From the sequence record MK250028.1: a stretch of 64,000 nucleotides of DNA, one strand, 5' to 3'. Shown in pieces: positions 7,035 to 15,992 of this stretch (positions within the stretch are counted from its first letter, which is position 1; each line of letters begins with the position of its first letter). The position numbers and the translations under genes are program-made. The notes beneath the pieces are model-generated. The model saw nothing but the letters and a program-made list of their open reading frames with translations. It was not told the DNA's origin and searched no databases.

Positions 7035-8030
7035 ATGAAATAGAATTTAGAATTTTTATCAGATGACGAATTAATATAGGAATATAGAAATTGTAATTAT
7101 TCTTTAAAAGCAGTTGATAAGAAATATAATAAATCTGGAAATACTTTATTACGATTATTTAGAAAACGTAATATAGATTATAATAAGATAAAGAATGATT
7201 ATTTATTACAATAGAAACAATTTGAAGAAAGTAAAGTTTTATATTGTGAGAATTGTGGTAAAGTAATAGATGGTTATTATGGTTCTGGAAGATTTTGTAA
7301 TAGATATTGTGCAACTGCATATGGCAATTCACATAGAGCAAAAAGAACAGAAGAATCAAAAAAGAAAACATCTATTAGTGTAAAAAATTCTATTAAATGT
7401 TAGATAGCTGCTGAACGTTCAAGAAAAATATATTAGTGCAAATATTGTAATAAAGATTTTTCTGTGTTTGATATACGCAATATTAGAGGAAGAACATATT
7501 GTTCAAAAGAATGTAAACACAAATATTTATCTGCACATACTGGTGGTTATCGAGAAGGTTCTGGAAGAGGCAAACAAGGATGGTATAAAGGAATTCATTG
7601 TGATAGTTCATGGGAATTAGCATTTCTTGTTTATTATAAAGATCATAATTTAAATATAGAACGTTGTAAAGAAAAAAGGTCTTATATTTGGAATAATGAA
7701 GTTCATTCATATTATCCTGATTTTATAACAGATGACGGGATAATAGAAATAAAAGGATATTCTACAGATTAGTGGAAATTAAAAGAAAACTAGAATCCGG
7801 ATGTAAAAGTTTTATATAAAGATGATATAAAACCATATTTAGATTATGTAATAAATACATATGGTACTGATTTTATTAAATTATATGATGGTTATAATCC
7901 AAAATTAGATTTGAAAAATTATACTTATGTATGGGTTCATAATGAAAAAGAGAATCATATGATTAGAACAGAATTATATGATGAATATATAAATAATGGT
8001 TATATAAGAGGAAGAAAAACTTTTAAATAA
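7035..8030 (+). CDS. Free-standing PD-(D/E)xK endonuclease with Zn fingers (code 15), same family as 3079
   Basis: 331 aa open with TAG=Q; CENCG..YGSGRFC, DSSWELAF, YYPDF..IIEIKG. Confidence 0.85.
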
Positions 8031-8107
8031 AAAATAGTTAAAAATAAACAAGATTTTAAATTTACGTTATTAAATTAAAAAGTTTCTTTATGAAATTAAT
8101 TTTAAAT

Positions 8108-8188
8108 ACTCCTATAGGCGAATTGGTCTAGCCACTAGATTAAGGATCTAGGTTTAATTACGTCTCGGTTCGAGTCCGAGTAGGAGTA
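8108..8188 (+). tRNA. trnL: tRNA-Leu(AAG)
   Basis: ACTCCTA/TAGGAGT acceptor, CTAGA-TTAAGGA-TCTAG, class II variable region. Confidence 0.9.
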
Positions 8189-8269
8189 CAATAATAATAT
8201 AAAATATTTTCTTATTTTATTATCAATTTCAAAAATAAATTAGATAAATAATAAGTTGAAATAATTTAT

Positions 8270-8342
8270 GCTGGATTAGCACAGTTGGTAGTGCGACGCA
8301 CTTGTAATGCGTAGGTCGTTGGTTCGAATCCGACATTCAGCT
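8270..8342 (+). tRNA. trnT: tRNA-Thr(TGT)
   Basis: ACGCA-CTTGTAA-TGCGT. Confidence 0.96.
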
Positions 8343-8369
8343 CAACATAACTTAATAATGTTTTTATAT

Positions 8370-8665
8370 TGCTGAATAATCTGTTAGCAGTGGATAAGGC
8401 ATTTAGGTTATATCTGAAAAGATATGATTTAGAGTAATCAATATTAAGAAACATAAGGTTAAAATAGCCATGGTTGGCCAACCATGAGTGACGTAAGAAA
8501 GGTCAAATCGTAGAATGGTATATGATGCTTGTAGCCTTTGAAGGTAATCAATCCTTCCGACATTTAGGAGTTAGCGTCATGAACTAACTTGTCGTGACTG
8601 AATAATGTGCTTAATATGTAATAGGGTTTGATGGTAGTCAGGAATCCATCTATGAATTCATTATT
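8370..8665 (+). ncRNA. Candidate structured ncRNA between trnT and trnM
   Basis: 18-bp perfect palindrome 8469-8486 plus several GC-rich hairpins; no ORF evident. Confidence 0.4.
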
Positions 8666-8683
8666 ATTTTTATGTTTTTATAT

Positions 8684-8756
8684 TGCGGGATGGAGCAGTT
8701 GGTAGCTTGCAGGGCTCATAACCCTGAGGTCGTGTGTTCGAGTCACACTCCCGCTA
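8684..8756 (+). tRNA. trnM: Initiator tRNA-fMet(CAT), copy 2
   Basis: Identical to the 2784 copy except for two compensated pairs in the anticodon stem. Confidence 0.95.
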
Positions 8757-8878
8757 CTAGTATGATGCATTTATTTTATGAATATGGATAACTGTTCGCG
8801 ATTGTGTATCTATAAAGTAATATTATAAATGAGGAAATATGAATGACAGTGATAATAATTGTACAATAAAACACTGCA

Positions 8879-8948
8879 TCCTGTTTGTTGTAACGAAAGC
8901 ATTTTCTCTTGAAAAGTGAAGGTTACGGTTTAATTCCGTAGACAGGAA
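8879..8948 (+). pseudogene. Degenerate tRNA (possible CTT/Lys anticodon)
   Basis: TCCTGTT/GACAGGA acceptor and TACGG-TTTAATT-CCGTA T-arm; weak D and anticodon arms. Confidence 0.55.
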
Positions 8949-9089
8949 CAAATTTTAATAGTCTATATTTAATTATATAGAATCGTAACTACAAGAACAT
9001 TAAATATTTTTAGTGGAAAGTCTTGGAGACCATCGTATTGGTACTGAGTTATAAGGTTCTCACAGAGTATAAACCTTAATTTTTTATTT

Positions 9090-9175
9090 GGAAAGGAAAT
9101 TGCGACGGCTCGCAAGCTTGTCTTGAAAACAAGTCGTACAGTGAAATGTATGGGGATCGACACCTCTCCTTTCCG
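9090..9175 (+). tRNA. trnS: tRNA-Ser(TGA)
   Basis: CTTGT-CTTGAAA-ACAAG, long variable arm, G73; T-loop ATCGACA. Confidence 0.88.
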
Positions 9176-9237
9176 CATTTTGTTTTACATATTTAAAGAC
9201 ATTATATATTTATAATATATAATGTCTTTAATTTTTA

Positions 9238-9245
9238 TATAAATA
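9238..9245 (+). promoter_or_regulatory. T4-type late promoter-like TATAAATA
   Basis: Exact match to the T4 late consensus just upstream of a TAG-containing gene; TAAATA recurs before several other TAG genes. Confidence 0.4.
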
Positions 9246-9267
9246 TTGAAATTTATTTTATTCACTT

Positions 9268-10260
9268 ATGAACAAATATATAAAGCAATTAGTTGAATAT
9301 TATTTTCATAACGAAAAAGAATTATATGAAAACAATTATAGAAAATTTAGAGAGAATTTTAATTGGTCTTATGAAAGACGATTATTATATCAATATAATA
9401 ATGATGTAGATTTTGATAATATAGTAAATGAAGAATATCATATAAGTGATGTTTTTGATGATGTTATAGATGTTATAGGAAATATTTATAAGGATAATAT
9501 AGATATAAGTAATGATATAAAAGTATATACAGGATATAATTTTAATATAAAAGATTCTTTATGTAAAAAACTAGATAATGAAAATATAAAATATCCTATA
9601 TATGTTTATATATTAAACGATACAGAATCAACTTCATATTCATATATAAAAAGTGAAGATAAGAATAATAATGAAATTGTTATATATTTAAATTCATATA
9701 TGATATAGGATAATATATAGTTATTACGTGATTCATGTAAACATGAGTTTTTACATATTAGAGAAATGTATGCATTAGAAGATAAAGATGTTTTATAGTC
9801 TAATAAAAATAAATTACCTGATGATGAAAAAAATCCTTTTAACTGGGATAATCCAAATTATTTTGATAAAAGTTTAAGATTATGTTATATATTTAATAAG
9901 TCTGAAGAACGAGCAAGATTAAATGCAGTATATGAACATATTAAATCAGAAGATGAAGATATTGATTCATTAAATAATATAACGTTATTAAACGAAATGA
10001 AATAGTGTATAAACACATTAAGAACTATTTTTATTTCTAATAATTATGGACCTATGGAAATATATAATTACTCATGCTATAAATATCATTTGATAAAATA
10101 TAAGTTAAACAAATATCATTTTGATTATAGACCAAGATTATCTGAATATTCATAGGATGACAAAGATAAATTTTAGGCAATGATATTTGAGTTACAAATA
10201 AATTATAGAAAATTCAAATAGGATATAAAGAAAATAATTTATAATAAATTTCATAAATAA
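9268..10260 (+). CDS. HExxH putative Zn metalloprotease (code 15)
   Basis: 330 aa open with TAG=Q; CKHEFLH motif. Confidence 0.7.
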
Positions 10261-10291
10261 TTATGGATAGTTTTGATAAAGAAATAAAGAT

Positions 10292-11065
10292 ATGAATATA
10301 ATAGGAAATTATATATATGGTTCAGAAGATTCAACTGATGTAGATATTGCATATATAGTTGATGAATTACCATCATTACAAGAATGTAAAAAGTTTTGTT
10401 CGGCTGATAAGAATGAAAACAGAAACTTAATAACGATAAATAACGGTATTATAACTAATTGTTATAAAGGAACAGTTGATGAATTAAATAATGCGATATT
10501 AGATACATATAAGTTACATGAACAAAATACAGAATTACTTATTAATAGAAAGGTTGGTAGAGATATACCATTGAAACTTATTAGAGCAATACGTGCAATG
10601 TTATCACATCTTTCTAGATCGCAATATAGAAAAGAAATAAAATTAGCATTAAGAAGTAATTGGTATAAGAGGTTAGACGTATTATTAAGTATTAATTTAG
10701 AATATATTGATTTTGATAAATTAAACAATAATATGTCAAGAGAAGATATATTGAAATTATTTGCATTTCAAATAGGTCAATGCATGGGACTTATATATGC
10801 AAGAAAAGAATTATATACAAAAAATGATGTTATTACATGGATAGGCAGTAATCTCGGTTATTGTCTTGATGATTATTTAAAACGAAAATATACAAGTTTA
10901 AATATATTAAATTATTTAAAAGATAAATTAATCTACCAGATTCGTTATAATTTTCCAGCAATAGAGTGTGATAATAATATAGTAAAATTTTTAAAGGACG
11001 GACATAATAAATATTATGATTTAATGCAGGAATGCCAAATAAATATTGAAAATAAAGATATTTAA
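10292..11065 (+). CDS. Pol-beta superfamily nucleotidyltransferase-like protein
   Basis: N-terminal YIYGS..STDVDI (GS..DxD) motif. Confidence 0.6.
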   Translation: MNIIGNYIYGSEDSTDVDIAYIVDELPSLQECKKFCSADKNENRNLITINNGIITNCYKGTVDELNNAILDTYKLHEQNTELLINRKVGRDIPLKLIRAIRAMLSHLSRSQYRKEIKLALRSNWYKRLDVLLSINLEYIDFDKLNNNMSREDILKLFAFQIGQCMGLIYARKELYTKNDVITWIGSNLGYCLDDYLKRKYTSLNILNYLKDKLIYQIRYNFPAIECDNNIVKFLKDGHNKYYDLMQECQINIENKDI

Positions 11066-11068
11066 TAT

Positions 11069-11455
11069 ATGAAGTTGATTTATAACAATATTATTCCTCC
11101 ACATGGATTTATAGCTATTAATATTTTTGGAAATCTTTTTGTAAGGAAAGAATATGAATATAAATTAAAGAATGATAATTATAAGAAAAGAGTATTAAAT
11201 CATGAATCTATCCATACAGAATAGATGAAAGATTTTGCAAGTTTTTTACCAGAATGTGTATAGCAATATATAGGTGGCATAATATTCTATATAATATATT
11301 TCTTTGAATGGTTATGGAGAGTCTTGTTTACAAAACATAGATTTTCACATTAGGCATATAGGAATATAACATTTGAATAGGAAGCCTTTACAAATGAATC
11401 AGATTTAGAATATTTAAGTAAACGAAATCATTTTGATTAGTGGAAAATATATTAA
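11069..11455 (+). CDS. Small HExxH protein (code 15)
   Basis: 128 aa with TAG=Q; LNHESIHTEQ and AYRNITFEQEA. Confidence 0.7.
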
Positions 11456-11460
11456 TATAA

Positions 11461-11497
11461 AAAGGATGTTAATTAAGTTTAACATCCTTTCTTTTTT
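11461..11497 (+). terminator. Intrinsic terminator
   Basis: AAAGGATGTTAA/TTAACATCCTTT stem plus T-tract. Confidence 0.8.
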
Positions 11498-11510
11498 CAT
11501 ATAAACAATG

Positions 11511-11518
11511 TATCTTTG
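11511..11518 (+). promoter_or_regulatory. Bacteroidota primary-sigma -7 element (TAnnTTTG)
   Basis: TATCTTTG upstream of 11564; the same octamer occurs at 23886 and (minus strand) 55016. Confidence 0.6.
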
Positions 11519-11563
11519 TAACTGTATAAATGAAGTAATAATTAATTAAAAATTATAATAATT

Positions 11564-11920
11564 ATGGTAGATCGTTTAAATCAAGAGTTAGAGCTGGATG
11601 ACTTGGTACTTATTGCGCATCCAAAAGTTTCAACATTGCTACGTTGCATTGTTACCAAGATCAATGCAAAGACAGTCACAGTAGCAGCACTCCCAGAGAA
11701 TGACAAAGAGAATGAGGCTGCACAATATTGCCAACATAATATGGCTGCTATAGGCGATCACAAGTTTCATGGAAACTATTTCAGAATAACAAAAGGATTC
11801 AATCGTCGTCCTGAGGAAGTTGTGAAGATTGGTCATTATCAAACAGTGCAAGACAATGGCAAAGATGTTCATTACTCTATTGTTGAAGTTGGTGATGAAG
11901 AACTTTGGCCAACTGATTAA
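11564..11920 (+). CDS. Hypothetical protein
   Basis: 118-aa ORF, TAG-free. Confidence 0.75.
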   Translation: MVDRLNQELELDDLVLIAHPKVSTLLRCIVTKINAKTVTVAALPENDKENEAAQYCQHNMAAIGDHKFHGNYFRITKGFNRRPEEVVKIGHYQTVQDNGKDVHYSIVEVGDEELWPTD

Positions 11921-11936
11921 TAATTAAATATAAATA

Positions 11937-12188
11937 ATGATTATGCAAAATATAGCAAATGAAATAAAAAATAGTAGTATAAAATTTCATAGTAATAAAT
12001 TAAATGGATTAGTAGATATGGTTATGTCTAATGATTCTAGTAATAAAATAGAATTACTACCAATTAATGATAGGGCATTAATTTATACTATGTATTGGTG
12101 TACATCTGAACATAGTAATCTATCAAGATATGAATTTGATAGGCTATTAGAAATGTCAAGGAAATTACGTAACTATTTAAATGAGTAA
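11937..12188 (+). CDS. Hypothetical protein
   Basis: ORF track; overlaps the start of the next gene. Confidence 0.65.
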   Translation: MIMQNIANEIKNSSIKFHSNKLNGLVDMVMSNDSSNKIELLPINDRALIYTMYWCTSEHSNLSRYEFDRLLEMSRKLRNYLNE

Positions 12189-12501
12189 AATAATGGTAAT
12201 AAATAATTCAAATATAAATACTTATATTAAGTTCGCAAGTGAGAAAGTATTGAATTACATTAAAGATTTTAATTCATACTTTGATGCTGATGAAGTATAT
12301 GACATTTTAAAAGAGTTATCTGAATATGATGTGAATATTATGAAATTCAATAAATATATCGGATTTCTTGTATGTCAAGTGTATAAGGATTTTATTAATA
12401 ATGAGATGATTATTGAAAAAAATACAGATTTTCAAAATTTCATTATTCCTATCATTATTAATATAAGTGATAATATTTTAAAAGATAAGATTGAACTATG
12501 A
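12181..12501 (+). CDS. Hypothetical protein
   Basis: ORF track; ATGA coupling to the next gene. Confidence 0.65.
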   Translation: MSKIMVINNSNINTYIKFASEKVLNYIKDFNSYFDADEVYDILKELSEYDVNIMKFNKYIGFLVCQVYKDFINNEMIIEKNTDFQNFIIPIIINISDNILKDKIEL

Positions 12502-12644
12502 CAGACGAACAATTAAAGAAGATATATGATAAGATTAATGAGTTGGTAGACACTGTTAATAAATTAAAAAGTATTATTGCAACTCAAGATAATAAGATAA
12601 GAATATTAGAGATTAAGTTAAATAATGTAGAAAATATATTGTAA
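12498..12644 (+). CDS. Small coiled-coil hypothetical protein (48 aa)
   Basis: Read from sequence; ATGA and TAATG overlaps with neighbours. Confidence 0.6.
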   Translation: MTDEQLKKIYDKINELVDTVNKLKSIIATQDNKIRILEIKLNNVENIL

Positions 12645-13006
12645 TGATAAGTAGTATAATTTTAATGTTATGTTTTTATATGTTTATTATTTCATTAACA
12701 TATCATAGAGATATTCAGGTAATAAACATATTTAATTTTTTTGGACCCATAGAATATACTATAAGATATATTGAAGAATTTGACAATGATTCAAAAATAT
12801 CAAGAAAATACTATAAAATTTATTGGAATTACTTCAGTATTTTGCCATTTTTTCACAATTTTTTGAGTAAAACTGATAATCAGATAGTATATACTGTAAA
12901 TGATGAAACTGAGTTAATTTCCAACTATTTTGTAACATATGAGTCCGCTAGAAATTTCTTATATAAGACAAGAGATTTCACTAAATTTATATTAAATGAA
13001 GAATGA
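12644..13006 (+). CDS. Hypothetical protein with N-terminal TM segment
   Basis: ORF track; hydrophobic N-terminus. Confidence 0.65.
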   Translation: MISSIILMLCFYMFIISLTYHRDIQVINIFNFFGPIEYTIRYIEEFDNDSKISRKYYKIYWNYFSILPFFHNFLSKTDNQIVYTVNDETELISNYFVTYESARNFLYKTRDFTKFILNEE

Positions 13007-13389
13007 AAAATATATTTAAAATAATTAAATTACTTTTCTCTTCAAAATAGTATGTAATATATGCTGTTGATAAAAAGGGAGAACAAGTAAAAGAATAGTC
13101 TAGTAATATTAATGAAACGTTTTGTCACCATATATATGATGATGCAAGATAGACTTTAATTAATACTGTTGGTGAACAAACATATGGTGAAAAATTAGAA
13201 TCATATGAACCAGATTTATTTAACGCATATAAAGAATCAGATTATCAAATAGCAAAATCTGAATATTTGCAAGCAGAATTAGATTACTATAAATTAGTGA
13301 ATAATCCTATGAGTGGAGACGCTAATATCTTATTCACAAGTTATTAGAGATTACAATAGCTAAAGAAACAATATGAAAATTTTTAGTAA
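13003..13389 (+). CDS. Hypothetical protein (code 15, 6 TAG)
   Basis: 128 aa open with TAG=Q; ATGA/TAATG coupling on both sides. Confidence 0.7.
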
Positions 13390-13754
13390 TGATAAAGTTT
13401 AAACATAAAAAGTATAATAAAACTAATTTTGATACTATTAATGTAAAAACAGCTAAAGAAGTTTGTGATATAATAATTAATAAGAAAACACAAGAACTTA
13501 TTAAGAAATGTCCAAGAACATTTAATTATATTAATAATGCAATAAATGAATCTATACGTTTATATTTTACTTCATGTATTATTTACAATAATATATTAGA
13601 TTATAATATAACATTAGATTTAAGCTGTATAAATTTTGATTTTATGAAAAAATCAAGATTTGATGTTATTAGCGATATATTAGAAGTGTATAGAAATAAA
13701 GGATATAAAATAATTCATAATGATAAAGATAAAATAACTATGTATTTTAATTAA
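13389..13754 (+). CDS. Hypothetical protein
   Basis: ORF track. Confidence 0.65.
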   Translation: MIKFKHKKYNKTNFDTINVKTAKEVCDIIINKKTQELIKKCPRTFNYINNAINESIRLYFTSCIIYNNILDYNITLDLSCINFDFMKKSRFDVISDILEVYRNKGYKIIHNDKDKITMYFN

Positions 13755-13803
13755 TATATATATAGACTTTATTAAAATTATATTATATAAATATATAGTT
13801 AAT

Positions 13804-13888
13804 GGAGAGTTAACCTAACGGGGTTAGGGACAATCTGCTAAATTGTTCGTCCATGTATGTGGATGTGGGTCGGGACCACAGCTCTCCG
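13804..13888 (+). tRNA. trnS: tRNA-Ser(GCT)
   Basis: ACAAT-CTGCTAA-ATTGT, long variable arm, G73; T-loop GTCGGGA is atypical. Confidence 0.88.
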
Positions 13889-13920
13889 CAAAAAATCCAC
13901 AACAGATTTAAAGATGTAGT

Positions 13921-14309
13921 GGTCTATAAGTTCGTTCCTTAATGAGAGATTATCACATTATATATGTGCACAAAAGAAATAATGTGATGGACCATAATGA
14001 ATAGATTATCTTAATTTTGGTATCTTCTGCAAGATTCTGATTATTGATAGAAGGTAGTTAAGCTAATTTCATATTCATTTCTATTACAGACGAAGAAAGA
14101 GGAACATTGTTTACAAGTAATAAAGAGTAACCAAATGTTATTGTTATATAGAACTGATATAATAATAGGTGAATGAAACGCTTGGCGCCAATATTAATAA
14201 AAGTGGTTGTTTATGAAAGTAATGTGTTTGATATAAAGATCTGATTAACTCATAAAGTCAAACCGGTATATATTAAATTTTTATATATAAGATAGTAAGC
14301 TTATAGATT
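13921..14309 (+). ncRNA. Candidate large structured ncRNA (about 390 nt) between trnS and trnQ
   Basis: 12-bp closing stem 13921-32/14298-309 and several internal 8-10-bp helices; no long ORF seen. Confidence 0.5.
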
Positions 14310-14313
14310 TTAT

Positions 14314-14384
14314 TGGGATATATTGTAATGGTAGCAACAGGGTTTCTGAGTCCCTTAGTACTGGTTCGAATCCGGTTATCCCAA
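14314..14384 (+). tRNA. trnQ: tRNA-Gln(CTG)
   Basis: TGGGATA/TATCCCA acceptor, AGGGT-TTCTGAG-TCCCT. Confidence 0.88.
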
Positions 14385-14443
14385 CATATTCGTAATTTTT
14401 ATTTTTTATTTTTTTATTTTTAAAGGATTTATACATAAAGAGA

Positions 14444-14477
14444 AAAGGTTAATAAGATTTATTTCTTATTAACCTTT
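14444..14477. terminator. Bidirectional terminator
   Basis: Perfect 14-bp inverted repeat between convergent units. Confidence 0.75.
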
Positions 14478-14502
14478 ATTATTTTATTTCTTAAAATAAA
14501 TA

Positions 14503-15126
14503 TTAATCTTCATCATCCCAATAATCATAATATTCATTTGGATCATAATTTAATTCTTTATCTTCCTTAAAATTATCAATCACCTTAGAATTTTCAACAA
14601 ATTCTTTTACTTTTTCTATAATATCTGCATCGTTAATCATTATTTCTTGAGTGCCATCTGTTAACATTAAACCATCAATATTTATTTTATCGATTTTACA
14701 TTCAGTTTCATCTGGATCATCAGGTTGATCATAATCATGTGAACGCATACCTGGTGTATAATCAACCCAACAATCAATGTCTGCATTAAATGCTAAACTT
14801 ACGCCATAATCTTCCATTGAACGTGTTAATATTGTTGCTGTTTCATTCTTTGGATCAACATCTGGTATAATATTACACATTAAACAATCGTCATCTTGAT
14901 CATATTGCTCTATATATCCATTATCATTAAGAAGATCCATAATTAATGAATTAATTAATTCTTGTGGCAGTGATTCCATATCAGAAAGATCAATATCTCC
15001 ATTTTCATCATAATACTTTGGATCAATATTAGATGATGTTATTATACCTTCATTAAGTGATTTCTTAAGTGCTGAAGCAATACCATTTACTAATGATTCA
15101 TATAATGCTTTATTTTGTTTCTTCAT
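14503..15126 (-). CDS. Acidic hypothetical protein
   Basis: 207-aa ORF; TAAATA upstream. Confidence 0.75.
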   Translation of the reverse strand: MKKQNKALYESLVNGIASALKKSLNEGIITSSNIDPKYYDENGDIDLSDMESLPQELINSLIMDLLNDNGYIEQYDQDDDCLMCNIIPDVDPKNETATILTRSMEDYGVSLAFNADIDCWVDYTPGMRSHDYDQPDDPDETECKIDKINIDGLMLTDGTQEIMINDADIIEKVKEFVENSKVIDNFKEDKELNYDPNEYYDYWDDED

Positions 15127-15222
15127 AATTTCTATTAAATGCTAAATTATTTTTTATATTTATCATTTTTAAAACTATTTAAAATAATTAATCTATAATA
15201 ATTAAAATAAAAGGTTTGTTTT

Positions 15223-15798
15223 ATGAGTACACGTTGTAATTTACAAATACAAGATAATATAGAAGGAGAACATATATTATATCGACACTGTGATGGTATG
15301 CCAGATTCTGCAGGTAATGAAATAAAGAATTTCCTTAATGACTATGTAAAGAATACTAATACAACATATAATTATGAAGAAATTTCTAAAGGTATTATAG
15401 AACAGTTAGGATTTGAAGACGAAGGTAAAGTAGCAAAAGATATAAACTATTTTTATGAAATTGTTGTGCATCCAAATACAATATTCTATACATGTTGGCA
15501 TGTACCTGTATTTGGCAATTATGATATTGATAGTTTGGAGGATTATCCTGATTGTGAAGAACTAGAATGTGAGGAATTCAATAAGTGTAATATACGAAAA
15601 GAAACTATTAATAAATCAACAGATGATATTGTTGATTCTAAAGAATTATTAAAATATGTAGATAGAAGAAATAAATTTCTTGATGAACTTTTAGATGAAG
15701 TTGAATTAAACGGTGGTATATCAAGAGACAAAATTATGAATATGTTAAAAGTAACATATGATCAGGGGTATAATTATAATAGAGTAGATAATATTTAA
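15223..15798 (+). CDS. Hypothetical phage protein (MSTR..LYRHCDG motif)
   Basis: 191-aa ORF. Confidence 0.75.
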   Translation: MSTRCNLQIQDNIEGEHILYRHCDGMPDSAGNEIKNFLNDYVKNTNTTYNYEEISKGIIEQLGFEDEGKVAKDINYFYEIVVHPNTIFYTCWHVPVFGNYDIDSLEDYPDCEELECEEFNKCNIRKETINKSTDDIVDSKELLKYVDRRNKFLDELLDEVELNGGISRDKIMNMLKVTYDQGYNYNRVDNI

Positions 15799-15810
15799 TT
15801 TATAATTGTT

Positions 15811-15990
15811 ATGAAAAAATATTTAGAGATTCATTTGAAATATGAATTACCAGAAGATTATGATATTGATATTATAAATGATGGTATTGATAATAAAGAA
15901 GCATGGTCTTATATATTAGATTTAATGACAGATAATGAAAATAGAGAAAGTAAGGATACATGTAAATATACAACAGTTAAGATATACTAA
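15811..15990 (+). CDS. Small hypothetical protein (59 aa)
   Basis: Read from sequence; fills the operon gap. Confidence 0.55.
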   Translation: MKKYLEIHLKYELPEDYDIDIINDGIDNKEAWSYILDLMTDNENRESKDTCKYTTVKIY

Positions 15991-15992
15991 AT

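Noticed and set aside
9012-9080. RNase P-like GGAAAGTC word with hairpins before trnS
   Set aside because: Only about 70 nt with two small hairpins; insufficient for any family call
243-9178. Short minus-strand ORFs in the tRNA array (243, 2977, 4855, 5929, 7159, 7483, 8266, 8969)
   Set aside because: Antisense to tRNAs or to code-15 genes, no motifs
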